Source: an uncultured Candidatus Saccharibacteria bacterium
Lineage (GTDB): Bacteria; Patescibacteriota; UBA1384; JAMDBS01; CAYSHH01
DNA length: 64,000 nt
Assembly: GCA_964430945.1 (NCBI GenBank)
Contig: CAYSHH010000002.1
Coordinates: 2,037-66,036, forward strand
Direction: 5' to 3'
Shown here: in pieces, positions 39,520-48,956 of the stretch
Layout of the letters: each line of letters starts with the position of its first letter
How positions within the stretch are numbered: the stretch's first letter is position 1
Notes under the pieces: model-generated
Seen by the model: the letters and a program-made list of their open reading frames with translations, nothing else
The model's database searches: none
Told to the model about the DNA's origin: nothing
Program-made: the position numbers and the translations under genes

Positions 39520-39741
39520 GTGATGAATAAACAGCAAAATCTCATTATTGTATTGGTGATGGTGATACTTCTTATGGGATTTGTATATATCGCATATCTT
39601 ATTGATAGTAATAGGATTACGACATTTGCGGACGAAGATAGTAATGTCTCGGCAGAAGAATTACAACGTCTTCCTTCTCCAGACGAATCAATAATATCGA
39701 AAATATATACTGCGATTATTAGCCCTTTTAGTAAAAAATAA
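39520..39741 (+). CDS. Small membrane protein
   Basis: aggagg RBS and an N-terminal TM helix; fills the tyrS-argS gap. Confidence 0.7.
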   Translation: MMNKQQNLIIVLVMVILLMGFVYIAYLIDSNRITTFADEDSNVSAEELQRLPSPDESIISKIYTAIISPFSKK

Positions 39742-39744
39742 ATA

Positions 39745-41472
39745 ATGTATAAAAAAGAAATTAGAAATATTTTAATTGAAGCTATAAAAAAAGCTGGTTA
39801 TAAAAAACCAACAGGTTTTGATTTGCAAACTCCAAAAAATGAAAAGTGGGGGGATTATACAACTAATACTGCTTTTATAGTTAAAAAGGAAGATGAAAAT
39901 CCTAAACAAGTCGCTCAAAAAATTTTAAAAAATATTAAAAAAAATGACTGGCTAAATGTGAGTATTGATAATTCTGGATATATTAATTTTATAATTCATG
40001 ATGAAAAACTTATTGATAATTTATCCCTGATTGTAAAAGAAGGGGACAAATACGGTTCGAGCGATGTAGGCAAGGGTGAAACTGTAGTTATTGATTATTC
40101 ATCTCCAAATATCGCTAAACCTTTTTCGGTAGGGCATTTTCGAGCGACAATCATAGGTCAAACTATCTACAATATTTATAAATTTTTAGGTTATAAAGTC
40201 ATTGGTGATAATCATATTGGTGATTGGGGGACACAATTTGGAAAAATGATTGTTGCATATAAAGAATGGGGAGATAGATCCAAAATTGAGAAAGATCCTA
40301 TTCGTGAACTGTACAATTTGTATGTAAAATTTCATCAAGTTTCCAAAGAAAGTTTAGGGTTGAATGATGAGGCAAAGAAATGGTTTAAAAAATTAGAGGA
40401 TGGTGATCAAGAAGCACGTGATATTTGGAAGTGGATGGTTGAGCTTAGTATGGATGAATTTACTGATATTTATGATATTTTAGGAGTTAAATTTGATGAA
40501 ATTCTTGGTGAAAGTTTTTATGAAGACAAAATGGATATTATAATTGAAAAATGCGAAAAGAAAAAATTGGCATTATGGGGTGCAGCATTAGATAAAGATG
40601 GAAAACCTCAAAGAGATGAAAAAGTATTATTAGTTGATCTTACAAAAGAAGGAATTGATGTCCCAGTACTTCTCAAGAAATCTGACGGAGCAACGCTGTA
40701 TGCAACTCGCGATTTGGCAACTGCAGAGTATCGTATTAAAAAATGGAATCCTGCAAAAATATTATATGCAGTAGGTAACGAACAAAAATTATATTTTAAG
40801 CAGATTTTTAAAGTATTGAAAATGATGGGACAAGACGAGAATAAATTTAAACATATAAATTTTGGATTTATAAGATTAGCTGACGGTCGTATGTCAACTC
40901 GTGCAGGGAGGACAATCTTTATAAAAGATGTAATCAGTGAATCAACAAAGCGTGCTAAAAAATTTATGCAAGACGATGATATTTCCGAATACGATAAAGA
41001 GAAAATTGCAAAAATTGTAGGTATTGGAGCATTAAAATATGCGGATTTATCACAAAATAGAACTCAAGATATGGTATTTAATTATGATAAAATGCTTGCG
41101 CTAAAGGGTAATAGTGGACCGTATTTGCAATATACTTATGCGCGTGCAAAAAGTATACTTAGAAAAGTCGGAAAAGAAAATATTGAAGTCGATGATAATC
41201 TAGAAGTAGATGAAGTAGAAAGAATTATTTTAAGAAAATTATCCAAATTTAATGAAGTAGTTGAAAATGCTGCTCAAAATTATATGCCAAACTATATTGC
41301 TAATTATCTGTTTGAGTTGGCCAATGATTTTAATGGTTTTTACCAGACACTACCTATATTAAAAGCCGAGGAAAATAAAAAACAATTGCGCTTGGCAATT
41401 GTTGCATCGACCGCTCAAGTATTAAAAAACGGACTTAATCTATTGGGAATAGAGACGTTGGAGAAGATGTAG
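39745..41472 (+). CDS. argS: Arginine--tRNA ligase
   Basis: DYSSPNIAKPFSVGHFR, GDWGTQFG, MSTRAG, GNSGPYLQYTYAR and terminal EKM. Confidence 0.98.
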   Translation: MYKKEIRNILIEAIKKAGYKKPTGFDLQTPKNEKWGDYTTNTAFIVKKEDENPKQVAQKILKNIKKNDWLNVSIDNSGYINFIIHDEKLIDNLSLIVKEGDKYGSSDVGKGETVVIDYSSPNIAKPFSVGHFRATIIGQTIYNIYKFLGYKVIGDNHIGDWGTQFGKMIVAYKEWGDRSKIEKDPIRELYNLYVKFHQVSKESLGLNDEAKKWFKKLEDGDQEARDIWKWMVELSMDEFTDIYDILGVKFDEILGESFYEDKMDIIIEKCEKKKLALWGAALDKDGKPQRDEKVLLVDLTKEGIDVPVLLKKSDGATLYATRDLATAEYRIKKWNPAKILYAVGNEQKLYFKQIFKVLKMMGQDENKFKHINFGFIRLADGRMSTRAGRTIFIKDVISESTKRAKKFMQDDDISEYDKEKIAKIVGIGALKYADLSQNRTQDMVFNYDKMLALKGNSGPYLQYTYARAKSILRKVGKENIEVDDNLEVDEVERIILRKLSKFNEVVENAAQNYMPNYIANYLFELANDFNGFYQTLPILKAEENKKQLRLAIVASTAQVLKNGLNLLGIETLEKM

Positions 41473-41595
41473 GACTATCTAATTTGGTGTTAATGGTTTT
41501 TATTTTCTTGCTTGCGTAAGAGTATTTTTTTAGTGTACTGATGTGTCGCTGGGTTCGTCATAAAGTATAGTGGCTGTTTTGTTTTTTATAGTCAA

Positions 41596-43770
41596 TTAGT
41601 AATTATATTTATAAATTTTATTGTTATTTAAAATATATAATTCGCTTTTTTCGGGAATTATAGCAAAATCTTTGATGTCAGTTATATCATCTGAAAAAGC
41701 AAATTGTGTTACGTAATTACCATTTTTATCCAATTCAACAATTCTATTGGTGTCCAAGACATATAATGAATTAAGACCTTCTTTGGTATATATTTTTTTG
41801 GGTTGTGACATCGAGGCATGGGGCTCTGGAATCATAGTTGGTGAAATATTTTCCGATTTTCCAAGCATAATTTTTTCTATCGTTCCATTGGATTCTAATA
41901 CATAGATGTATCCATCTATAGCGAAATCAACACTTTGTTTTATGTCGACAACACTAGTATCTACATAATCTTGTGCATCAGAAAAATTTTCTCCTTCTAA
42001 TGTATATTTATAGATTTGGCCAGCGTCCGAATCTAGAAAATAAATATTATTTAAATAATTTTCTAAGGCTATCGCGTTATTCCATTTGCTATCATTATTT
42101 GTTTTTTTGTTGAGCTCATTATTGTTTAATAAGTATAGCTCTTGTTTATCGGTCAGTATATAAGTGTCTTCGTCCTCGCTAGAAACAGTTTGTGCAATAC
42201 CGTCGGTTGTTGGTAATGTCGCGATATTATCAAGTTGAGAATTAGTATCGTCAATTGCACGCAATGATATCTGGTCGGTGTTGGCGTCTATGGCAACTAT
42301 ATTGTTTGTGGTAAGAGTAAATAATCCAATATTATTTTTTTCGATTGTTTCTGTTGGAGATGATAGTCTCTTCGTATTTGAAATTTCGTCAAGTTTTTCA
42401 TTTAATTTATCTTTTAATGATTGAACTTGTTCTTCCAAAGAAGAATCGTATTGGAGGGAATTAAGTTCAGAGGATATTTCTGATAAAATTTCTATAGCTT
42501 TGTCCTTATCGTCAGTCATTAGGGCCAAGGAAGCGTCGTCAAATTTATTTCCTAATGTTTTGATAGTTTCTTGGGTTTGTATAATATTTTCTTTATTGCT
42601 ATTAATTTTCTTTAGATAACCGATGTTGGTTATAAATATGACCAATAACACAATAGCAATTATGATAAATGTCTTTGATCTGTTTTTGGGTTTTAAAGAA
42701 TTTTTCAGAAAGACGATTAATTTTCTAGTAATTTTTGATATAAAATCGGATGTTTTTTTAAGATACAGAACAATTTTTTTAGATGAAGCGTCGTAATAGT
42801 TTATATTTGGGGATAATTTATTGTCGCTTGTTTTTTTAATAATCGGAGTTTGTGCGTGACTGTTTTCTGTAGATGATTTTTTGTGTGAATGACCAGTAGT
42901 TTTTGTAATTATTTCTTTGCTTTTGGGTAATATTTTTTCGTTATAATATTGTTTGGATGTTTTTATACTTTTATTGAACCAAGAAGAGAAGTCTTTAGTT
43001 GAGTCTTTGAGATTGCCGAATGATTTTTTAAGTGACTCGGTGAAAACACTAAATTGTTCTTGATCGAGATAAATCGCTTCAGGGGTTTGAGTCTCTTCTT
43101 GATTGACAACACCCATTTCGATAAGTATACAATTGGCTTGTCTAGTATTCCTAGATTTTAAAATGTTTGCGATTTGTGAGCCAATATCTACAAGGCTTTT
43201 TTCGGAAAGGATTTGTTCTAATTTCTTCGCGTCGATGTGATCAAATAAAAGATTGGTGCTAAAAAATATCTTATCTTTAAGTCGAAGATCTCCACTTACA
43301 ACTGATGAAAATGTTTTAAGTGGATGATTATAAGTATATGTTTCTTTGGGATTTATAATTGGTAATATTTTTTGTGATCTCCATAAATAGGCTTTAGTTT
43401 TTCCAGTATAGGCAAGATGAATCTTGTTTTTGGCGATGAGAATAAGTGATGCATTAATTTTCCCAATCCAGTCTGTTTCGCCGCGTTGCGTAATTTCTAC
43501 TAATTTCTCATTTACTTTTTTTAGGGCATTTTCAAAATTAATAAGTTCATTTGAATTTGATTGTCTGTAGTACTCTCTGGTTAGGGTGTTGATAATGGTT
43601 TGCCCAATTTGTGCATTGGGGTGCCATGGGTTTAGTATTTCAATAAGGGCGAAAATAGTGCCCATATCTTGTTTCTTGGGATTTTCTTGTGTTTTTGCTT
43701 GACTTGTTATAAATCTATCAACTAATTTTTTATAATTAGTTATTCTTGTATATTGTGGTTTTAGATCCAT
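41596..43770 (-). CDS. Hypothetical bitopic protein (PP2C-like N-domain, TM helix, beta-propeller-like C-domain)
   Basis: FENALKKVN..., HLAYTGK and F.S.VSG.L segments resemble a degenerate PP2C fold; single TM; NHL-like repeats (IYFLD, IYVLE, LYVLD). Start moved to MDLK because the upstream region overlaps the 6S RNA call. Confidence 0.65.
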   Translation of the reverse strand: MDLKPQYTRITNYKKLVDRFITSQAKTQENPKKQDMGTIFALIEILNPWHPNAQIGQTIINTLTREYYRQSNSNELINFENALKKVNEKLVEITQRGETDWIGKINASLILIAKNKIHLAYTGKTKAYLWRSQKILPIINPKETYTYNHPLKTFSSVVSGDLRLKDKIFFSTNLLFDHIDAKKLEQILSEKSLVDIGSQIANILKSRNTRQANCILIEMGVVNQEETQTPEAIYLDQEQFSVFTESLKKSFGNLKDSTKDFSSWFNKSIKTSKQYYNEKILPKSKEIITKTTGHSHKKSSTENSHAQTPIIKKTSDNKLSPNINYYDASSKKIVLYLKKTSDFISKITRKLIVFLKNSLKPKNRSKTFIIIAIVLLVIFITNIGYLKKINSNKENIIQTQETIKTLGNKFDDASLALMTDDKDKAIEILSEISSELNSLQYDSSLEEQVQSLKDKLNEKLDEISNTKRLSSPTETIEKNNIGLFTLTTNNIVAIDANTDQISLRAIDDTNSQLDNIATLPTTDGIAQTVSSEDEDTYILTDKQELYLLNNNELNKKTNNDSKWNNAIALENYLNNIYFLDSDAGQIYKYTLEGENFSDAQDYVDTSVVDIKQSVDFAIDGYIYVLESNGTIEKIMLGKSENISPTMIPEPHASMSQPKKIYTKEGLNSLYVLDTNRIVELDKNGNYVTQFAFSDDITDIKDFAIIPEKSELYILNNNKIYKYNY

Positions 43771-43795
43771 CGAACAAATTTTATTGATATTATTT

Positions 43796-43984
43796 GGCCC
43801 TACATTTAATTTCACAATTAGTAGGAAAAGTTATAGGTGGGTGTTCTCATGCCTAGTCCAAGGACCGACATATATGAACAAATTTTATAAAATTGATTTA
43901 TAAAATTTATCAGCTACCAATTAAGATAAAACCGACTCCCAATATTAAATATTTGCCCTAATTGGAAATTATAAATATAGAGCC
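43796..43984 (-). ncRNA. ssrS: Probable 6S RNA
   Basis: 189-nt rod on the minus strand. Closing stem ggctctatattt..atttccaattag pairs with ctaattg.gaaattaaatgtagggcc. An AU-rich bubble ending in TTGGGAGTCGG faces GGCATGAGAACACCCACCT, as in Firmicute-type 6S. Extended -10 TGcTATAAT lies just upstream. Confidence 0.75.
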
Positions 43985-44027
43985 ACTTCTAATTATAGCA
44001 AAATTTTTACTTATCAAAAAATGAGTA

Positions 44028-44633
44028 TTATCTGATGAGAAAATTTATAAAAAATTGCGTTGAGTTGGTTATAACATTAGACATAAAAGGGGAAGTGTAT
44101 AAAAATATTAAAAATGCAATAAATAGGGGTGTGGATAGTGAAAGAAGTGTTTCGTAAGATTGTGGTGGGAGAATTATTTTAAGTATCTTTGATCCATCTA
44201 ATGGGGGAATAGGCAAAATATTAAATATCATTAGAATGATATTTATCTGGACCATTATTACAATAATCGAGATTATTGTAATCGAGAGGGGAATAAATTT
44301 TATGATCAATGATAATATTATGGCCAAAATAAAATTACTTACTGCACCTGCATAAGCAATTTTGACTTCATCCCATTTTGATGAAAGATTATTTAGATTT
44401 ACGGGAACTGGTTTTCCCCAGCCAAATCCAGTTAAAAGCAGCATAACAGTTCCAAACGTATCTAAATGATGAAGTGGATTTGCGGAAATTCTGCCAGCCA
44501 TTTTAGCCGTTGGATCACCCAATTTTAGAGCAACCCAAGCATGAGCTGATTCGTGTATTGTAATTGCTGAAAGAATTCCCAATATGAAACCAAAAAATAG
44601 TGTTGGATTTTGAATTACGTTGAATAGTATCAT
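44028..44633 (-). CDS. Site-2 protease (peptidase M50)
   Basis: HESAH, GDPT, GWGKPVP and FNILPIPPLDGS. Confidence 0.95.
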   Translation of the reverse strand: MILFNVIQNPTLFFGFILGILSAITIHESAHAWVALKLGDPTAKMAGRISANPLHHLDTFGTVMLLLTGFGWGKPVPVNLNNLSSKWDEVKIAYAGAVSNFILAIILSLIIKFIPLSITIISIIVIMVQINIILMIFNILPIPPLDGSKILKIILPPQSYETLLSLSTPLFIAFLIFLYTSPFMSNVITNSTQFFINFLIR

Positions 44634-44700
44634 GTTATTGAAAATTTATAATTTTCTGGTATAATTTTAGCACAAACAAATTATTTATTAGGAGTAGAAT

Positions 44701-44856
44701 ATGAAAAAATGTTCAGTATGTGGCAAACAAGAGCATCAAGGACGTAAGAGATCACATTCACAGAGACAAACAATTCGTACTGTATATGCAAATCTTCAAA
44801 AAGAAAACAATGAATTGATTTGTACTAAATGCAAGAAAACTCGAAATCGTAACTAG
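44701..44856 (+). CDS. rpmB: 50S ribosomal protein L28, short zinc-binding form (not in ORF track)
   Basis: MKKCSVCGKQEHQGRKRSHSQRQTIRTVYANLQK...ICTKCKKT; aggag RBS. Confidence 0.88.
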   Translation: MKKCSVCGKQEHQGRKRSHSQRQTIRTVYANLQKENNELICTKCKKTRNRN

Positions 44857-45152
44857 TTTTTTGAGTATCTTTTTTCAAAGCACTCAGCACAATATACTGG
44901 CTTAGAACTTCTCGGAGTAAAAGGAACTTGAGAAGTTTTTTTGCAATCGGCGCATTGAATAGTATGTAGTCCTCCTTGTACTGGAGTAGTATTCTGTTCA
45001 CTGCCGTCAGATGTCCTTCTTTTTTTACGACATTTCTGACATCTTTTAGGAGGATCAAATCCTTTCTCTTCGTAAAACTTTTGTTCGCCAGCGCTGAAGG
45101 CAAATTCTTGTCCACAGTCTTGGCATGTTAATTTTTGATTTTTTTCACTCAT
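44853..45152 (-). CDS. Zinc-ribbon / CxxC-x17-CxxC protein
   Basis: CQDCGQEF.F...EQ.FY..KGF..PKRC..C followed by CADC...VPF.P....PVYCAECF. Confidence 0.9.
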   Translation of the reverse strand: MSEKNQKLTCQDCGQEFAFSAGEQKFYEEKGFDPPKRCQKCRKKRRTSDGSEQNTTPVQGGLHTIQCADCKKTSQVPFTPRSSKPVYCAECFEKRYSKN

Positions 45153-45258
45153 AATGTTCTCGTTTATTTTTATTTTAGATTACCATATTTTTCTCCTAGA
45201 ATCAAACATAAAATAAATATTTATTGATATAATATTTTATATAATACATAATAAATTC

Positions 45259-45921
45259 ATGAATAAAGATCAAAAAATTAAATCTATTAGACCTGGCTCA
45301 TATATTGTTATATACAATAGTAAAAAAACGATTGATGATGTTGTAAGTAGCTTAGCCAAAAAATACAATATTGGCTCAGAGGGTATACTCGAACTAGAAA
45401 ATCAAAATTCTTCCATAAAGATTGGGCAGATTCGCAGTATTAAAAAGAAAATTATTTTTAAAACTGAAAAGATAAATAATATTTTAATTATCAAAGACGC
45501 ACAGTATTTGACACGTGAAGCGTCAAATTCTCTTCTGAAAATTATTGAAGAACCACCAAGAAAGTTGATAATATTGATTGTCGTTGATAATATTTCTAAG
45601 CTTTTACCTACTATCATTTCACGTTGTAAAAAAATTGTGTTATTGGATAAGCTTGAATTAACATCAGATAATAGGTATATTAATTTACTAAAGCAGGTTA
45701 TTGATTCAAAGGAAATTTATAAAAGATTTTCTGTGGCTGATAAGATTGTGAAGAGTAAGGCTGATATTTTGATGATTCTTAGGGATTGGATAATGTATTT
45801 GGAATCTAATCCATGTGAAGAAAATATTTCTCGTATTTTGCGCATTGATAAATATTTGAGAAAATACAACAAAAGTCTGAATAAGAAATTATTTTTAGAA
45901 AATATATTATTTAAATTATGA
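45259..45921 (+). CDS. holB: DNA polymerase III delta-prime-like subunit (short form)
   Basis: IKIGQIR, A..LT.EASNSLLKIIEEPP and LLPTIISRC; lies upstream of ricT. Confidence 0.8.
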   Translation: MNKDQKIKSIRPGSYIVIYNSKKTIDDVVSSLAKKYNIGSEGILELENQNSSIKIGQIRSIKKKIIFKTEKINNILIIKDAQYLTREASNSLLKIIEEPPRKLIILIVVDNISKLLPTIISRCKKIVLLDKLELTSDNRYINLLKQVIDSKEIYKRFSVADKIVKSKADILMILRDWIMYLESNPCEENISRILRIDKYLRKYNKSLNKKLFLENILFKL

Positions 45922-46703
45922 AAATTGTTAGCGTCAAATTTTCTACAGATAGTAGAACAGTTGATTATGTTGATAGTGAAGATATATATGAGGTATCTGA
46001 TGTTTTGATAATTGATAGCTCTCAAATTAAAGAAACTGGTAAGGTCGTTGATAAGTATACTCTTAAAAAGGGTGAAAAATATAAGAATGAGACTGACAAA
46101 GGAAAAATAGTTGGAAAAGTTACTAAGAATGATGAGAAGAAAATAAAAGAAAATAAAAGAAAAGCATTAGACTATATATTGATTTGTAAGGAAAAAATTG
46201 CAGAACATGATTTGGCAATGGATGTTATGGATGCTGATTTATCATTTGATGAAAAAAAATTGACAATTTATTTTACAGCTAATAAAAGAGTAGATTTTAG
46301 ATCTTTAGTGTCGGATTATGTGAGGAGTTTTAAAAAATTAGTTAGACTCCAACAGGTTGGACTTAGAGAACAAATCAAAATGATGGATTGGATAGGGAAG
46401 TGCGGTCAAAAGATTTGTTGTGCACGATTTCTTGATTGTCCTAAACTTGTGACTACGGATTATGCAAGAAGACAAAATTTGGGGGAAACAAATAATAACA
46501 AAATTAATGGTGTATGTGGTAAGCTGATGTGTTGTCTCAAATATGAAGATGAGGTGTATACTGAAGCAAAGAAAGGAATGCCAAAGATTGGTGATAGAAT
46601 AAAGACTAAACAGGGTGTTGGTAAAGTGATAAAACAAAATGTTTTATATAAAAAAGTAATTGTTTTACTTGATAATAAAGAAAAAGTGGAGGTAAGCGTA
46701 TGA
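45918..46703 (+). CDS. ricT: PSP1-domain protein RicT/YaaT
   Basis: RVDFR.LV, G.CGQ..CC and CGKLMCCLKYE. Confidence 0.9.
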   Translation: MKIVSVKFSTDSRTVDYVDSEDIYEVSDVLIIDSSQIKETGKVVDKYTLKKGEKYKNETDKGKIVGKVTKNDEKKIKENKRKALDYILICKEKIAEHDLAMDVMDADLSFDEKKLTIYFTANKRVDFRSLVSDYVRSFKKLVRLQQVGLREQIKMMDWIGKCGQKICCARFLDCPKLVTTDYARRQNLGETNNNKINGVCGKLMCCLKYEDEVYTEAKKGMPKIGDRIKTKQGVGKVIKQNVLYKKVIVLLDNKEKVEVSV

Positions 46704-47296
46704 TTTATATTATTATTTTCATTCTATGTATTGCCGGAATACTGGTTATTTTTTTACGAAAAATGCCAAATTTGAAAAAATTTGATTTTTTTAAGATTAA
46801 GAATGAGGCGAAAAAAAATGTTGAGGAAAGTAGGAAAGTAGAAGAATCAAAAAACATTAAAAAAGCCAATTTTGGAAATAATTTTCAATTTTTACAAAAA
46901 AAAGACGAACAAGCAGATCTTTTTAGTGAGGCTGAAAAATTGTTTGGAGATAAAAAATATAGTCAAGCAGAAAAGATTTTAGTGCGTTTAATAGCTTCTG
47001 ATCCTCAGAATGTAAAATACTACAATAGATTAGGTGTAATATATATGGAAGAAAAGAATTTTTTAGATGCTAAAAATGCTTTTGGTGAAGCAGTAAGTCT
47101 TGATCCTAAAAAAGCTGCTCGGCATTATAATTTTGCTATGGCTTGTGCCGAATTGGGCGAACTAAGAAATGCTATAGAATCCTTGAAAGAAACAACTCGG
47201 CTTGATAAGAAAAATAAAAAATACGATAAGGCTTTAAAAGACCTTGAATATAAAGTTAGATACCGATATAAAGAAATGAAAAGAGTCGACGATTGA
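46700..47296 (+). CDS. Membrane-anchored TPR protein
   Basis: N-terminal TM helix and TPR repeats (YYNRLGVIY...A...DP). Confidence 0.85.
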   Translation: MIYIIIFILCIAGILVIFLRKMPNLKKFDFFKIKNEAKKNVEESRKVEESKNIKKANFGNNFQFLQKKDEQADLFSEAEKLFGDKKYSQAEKILVRLIASDPQNVKYYNRLGVIYMEEKNFLDAKNAFGEAVSLDPKKAARHYNFAMACAELGELRNAIESLKETTRLDKKNKKYDKALKDLEYKVRYRYKEMKRVDD

Positions 47297-47357
47297 AAAA
47301 CTTTAATTTATATGGTTTAATATACTAAGTTGATATCTCAATATGTTTTTTTGTTAT

Positions 47358-47432
47358 GCCACCTTAGCTCAGTGGTAGAGCAACTGTTTTGTAAACAGTA
47401 GGTCGTCGGTTCAAATCCGACAGGTGGCTCCA
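47358..47432 (+). tRNA. tRNA-Thr(TGT)
   Basis: Cloverleaf GCCACCT/AGGTGGC, anticodon arm ACTGT-TTTGTAA-ACAGT, TTCAAAT loop and encoded CCA. Confidence 0.97.
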
Positions 47433-47463
47433 TACGGAAGAATGATTGATGAGATTAATATTT

Positions 47464-47550
47464 GGGCAGATGGCGGAGTGGTCAAACGCACCTGACTGTA
47501 AATCAGGTGGCCTTGTGCCTACGGAGGTTCGAACCCTTCTCTGCCCACCA
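47464..47550 (+). tRNA. tRNA-Tyr(GTA)
   Basis: GGGCAGA/TCTGCCC, anticodon loop CTGTAAA, long variable arm and ACCA. Confidence 0.97.
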
Positions 47551-47575
47551 TATTAATGTTGACTGAGTTATATAT

Positions 47576-47650
47576 GCCGAGATAGCTCAGTGGTAGAGCG
47601 CATCCATGGTAAGGATGAGGTCGTGGGTCCAATTCCCATTCTCGGCTCCA
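47576..47650 (+). tRNA. tRNA-Thr(GGT)
   Basis: GCCGAGA/TCTCGGC, CATCC-ATGGTAA-GGATG and CCA. The T-loop reads TCCAATT. Confidence 0.93.
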
Positions 47651-47672
47651 GTAAATTAGCGAAAGGATATAT

Positions 47673-47858
47673 ATGGCTAAAAAAGGTAAAAGACCAGAGG
47701 TAATGCTTGTGTGTACAGTATGTAAATCAAGAAATTTTTATACATCTAGAAATGTTATAAATACTCCAGATAAGTTGGAGTTTGAGAAGTACTGTCCTCG
47801 TTGTCGCAAACATACGATTCACAAAGAAGCAAAGTTACCACCACATAAAAAAGCATAA
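47673..47858 (+). CDS. rpmG: 50S ribosomal protein L33
   Basis: CTVC...NFYT..N...PDKLEFEKYCPRCRKHTIHKE. Confidence 0.97.
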   Translation: MAKKGKRPEVMLVCTVCKSRNFYTSRNVINTPDKLEFEKYCPRCRKHTIHKEAKLPPHKKA

Positions 47859-48064
47859 ATTAATTTCAAATATGTATTTGACATCTTTGCCAATGATAAG
47901 TAGTGAAGATATCAGAAAGAGGGCATTGAATATTAAACCGGTAAATAGATGTTTCCAGTTAGCATTTGGTATTGTTGCGAAAAATGACAAGTTGTTTGCC
48001 CGAGAAAGCTTAAAAAGTTATTAATTCTGCATATCGTAGTTTGAAGTGGCTACTTATGATATGT

Positions 48065-48138
48065 GGGGCTGTAGTTCAATGGTAGAATTCCGGTCTCCAA
48101 AACCGGTGATCACCGTTCGAGTCGGTGCGGCCCTGCCA
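48065..48138 (+). tRNA. tRNA-Trp(CCA)
   Basis: GGGGCTG/CGGCCCT, CCGGT-CTCCAAA-ACCGG, TTCGAGT loop and GCCA. Confidence 0.95.
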
Positions 48139-48365
48139 GCGTAATTGAAATACTATTTTTGAGAATGTTTGACTGGTGGAGAAATACAGATATGATAGTG
48201 ATTTATGTATGTTTTTGTTTAGATAATATATTAAATTTGGAGGATTGTTCATGTTGAATACTATATTGTTTATAATTATATTTATACTTGTGATCGTAAT
48301 GGCATATTATTTTGTAAAATCTGGAAAAATCTAATATAATATAGTCATCAGTACAAAAAGGAGGG

Positions 48366-48947
48366 TTGTTGAAAAGAGATGTGCTCGGGAATAATAAGGG
48401 AAGAGTTATCTTAACCGTAGTAGGTTTTTTTGTAGTTGGATTGACTTTTCTGTATTTGTTTAAAATACAAAAAGCTGAAGGTAATATCAAAGCGATAGGT
48501 GATTATGTTTACTCTCGTGAGGTTAAGATTAAAACTGGTTCTGGAGATGATGATTATGATACTATTGACTCTTACTCTGGTTTTGATTGGGAAAAGATAA
48601 AAAAGACTATGGACTCAAATGAAGACAGACTTGCCAATGAATATGCAAAAGAATACAACGGTGCTGATTGGAAGGGGTTTAATGATATTAATCCGGAAAA
48701 TAAACCAGAAGGACAAGTATGGAAGACTAGCGATGAAAATGGATTGACTATTGGTTCTGATATTGAAATAGGAGGAAAGGGAACTGTTATTATAGAAAAT
48801 GGAGATTTAAATATTGATGCAAATATGAGTTATCTTACCGAAAAAAGCTCAATTGGTTTTATAGTAATAAATGGAAACATAAAAATTGCCGAGGGCGTGT
48901 CAACTGTTGGTGCATTTTATGCTTCTGACTCAATAATCTTTAACTAA
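48366..48947 (+). CDS. Exported protein with a beta-helix-like (PilX C-terminal-like) segment
   Basis: aaggaggg RBS, TTG start, N-terminal TM/signal, then GTVIIENGDLNIDAN...GFIVINGNIKI...GAFYAS. Confidence 0.65.
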   Translation: MLKRDVLGNNKGRVILTVVGFFVVGLTFLYLFKIQKAEGNIKAIGDYVYSREVKIKTGSGDDDYDTIDSYSGFDWEKIKKTMDSNEDRLANEYAKEYNGADWKGFNDINPENKPEGQVWKTSDENGLTIGSDIEIGGKGTVIIENGDLNIDANMSYLTEKSSIGFIVINGNIKIAEGVSTVGAFYASDSIIFN

Positions 48948-48956
48948 GGAGGAAAT

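Noticed and set aside
43771-43815. ORF-track GTG start of the 739-aa protein
   Set aside because: It lies within the 3' stem of the probable 6S RNA. ATG 43770 is more plausible.
47782-48490. ORFs 47782..48024 (+) and 48203..48490 (-)
   Set aside because: They overlap rpmG or the 48366 gene, have no RBS or motif, and are not secE-like.
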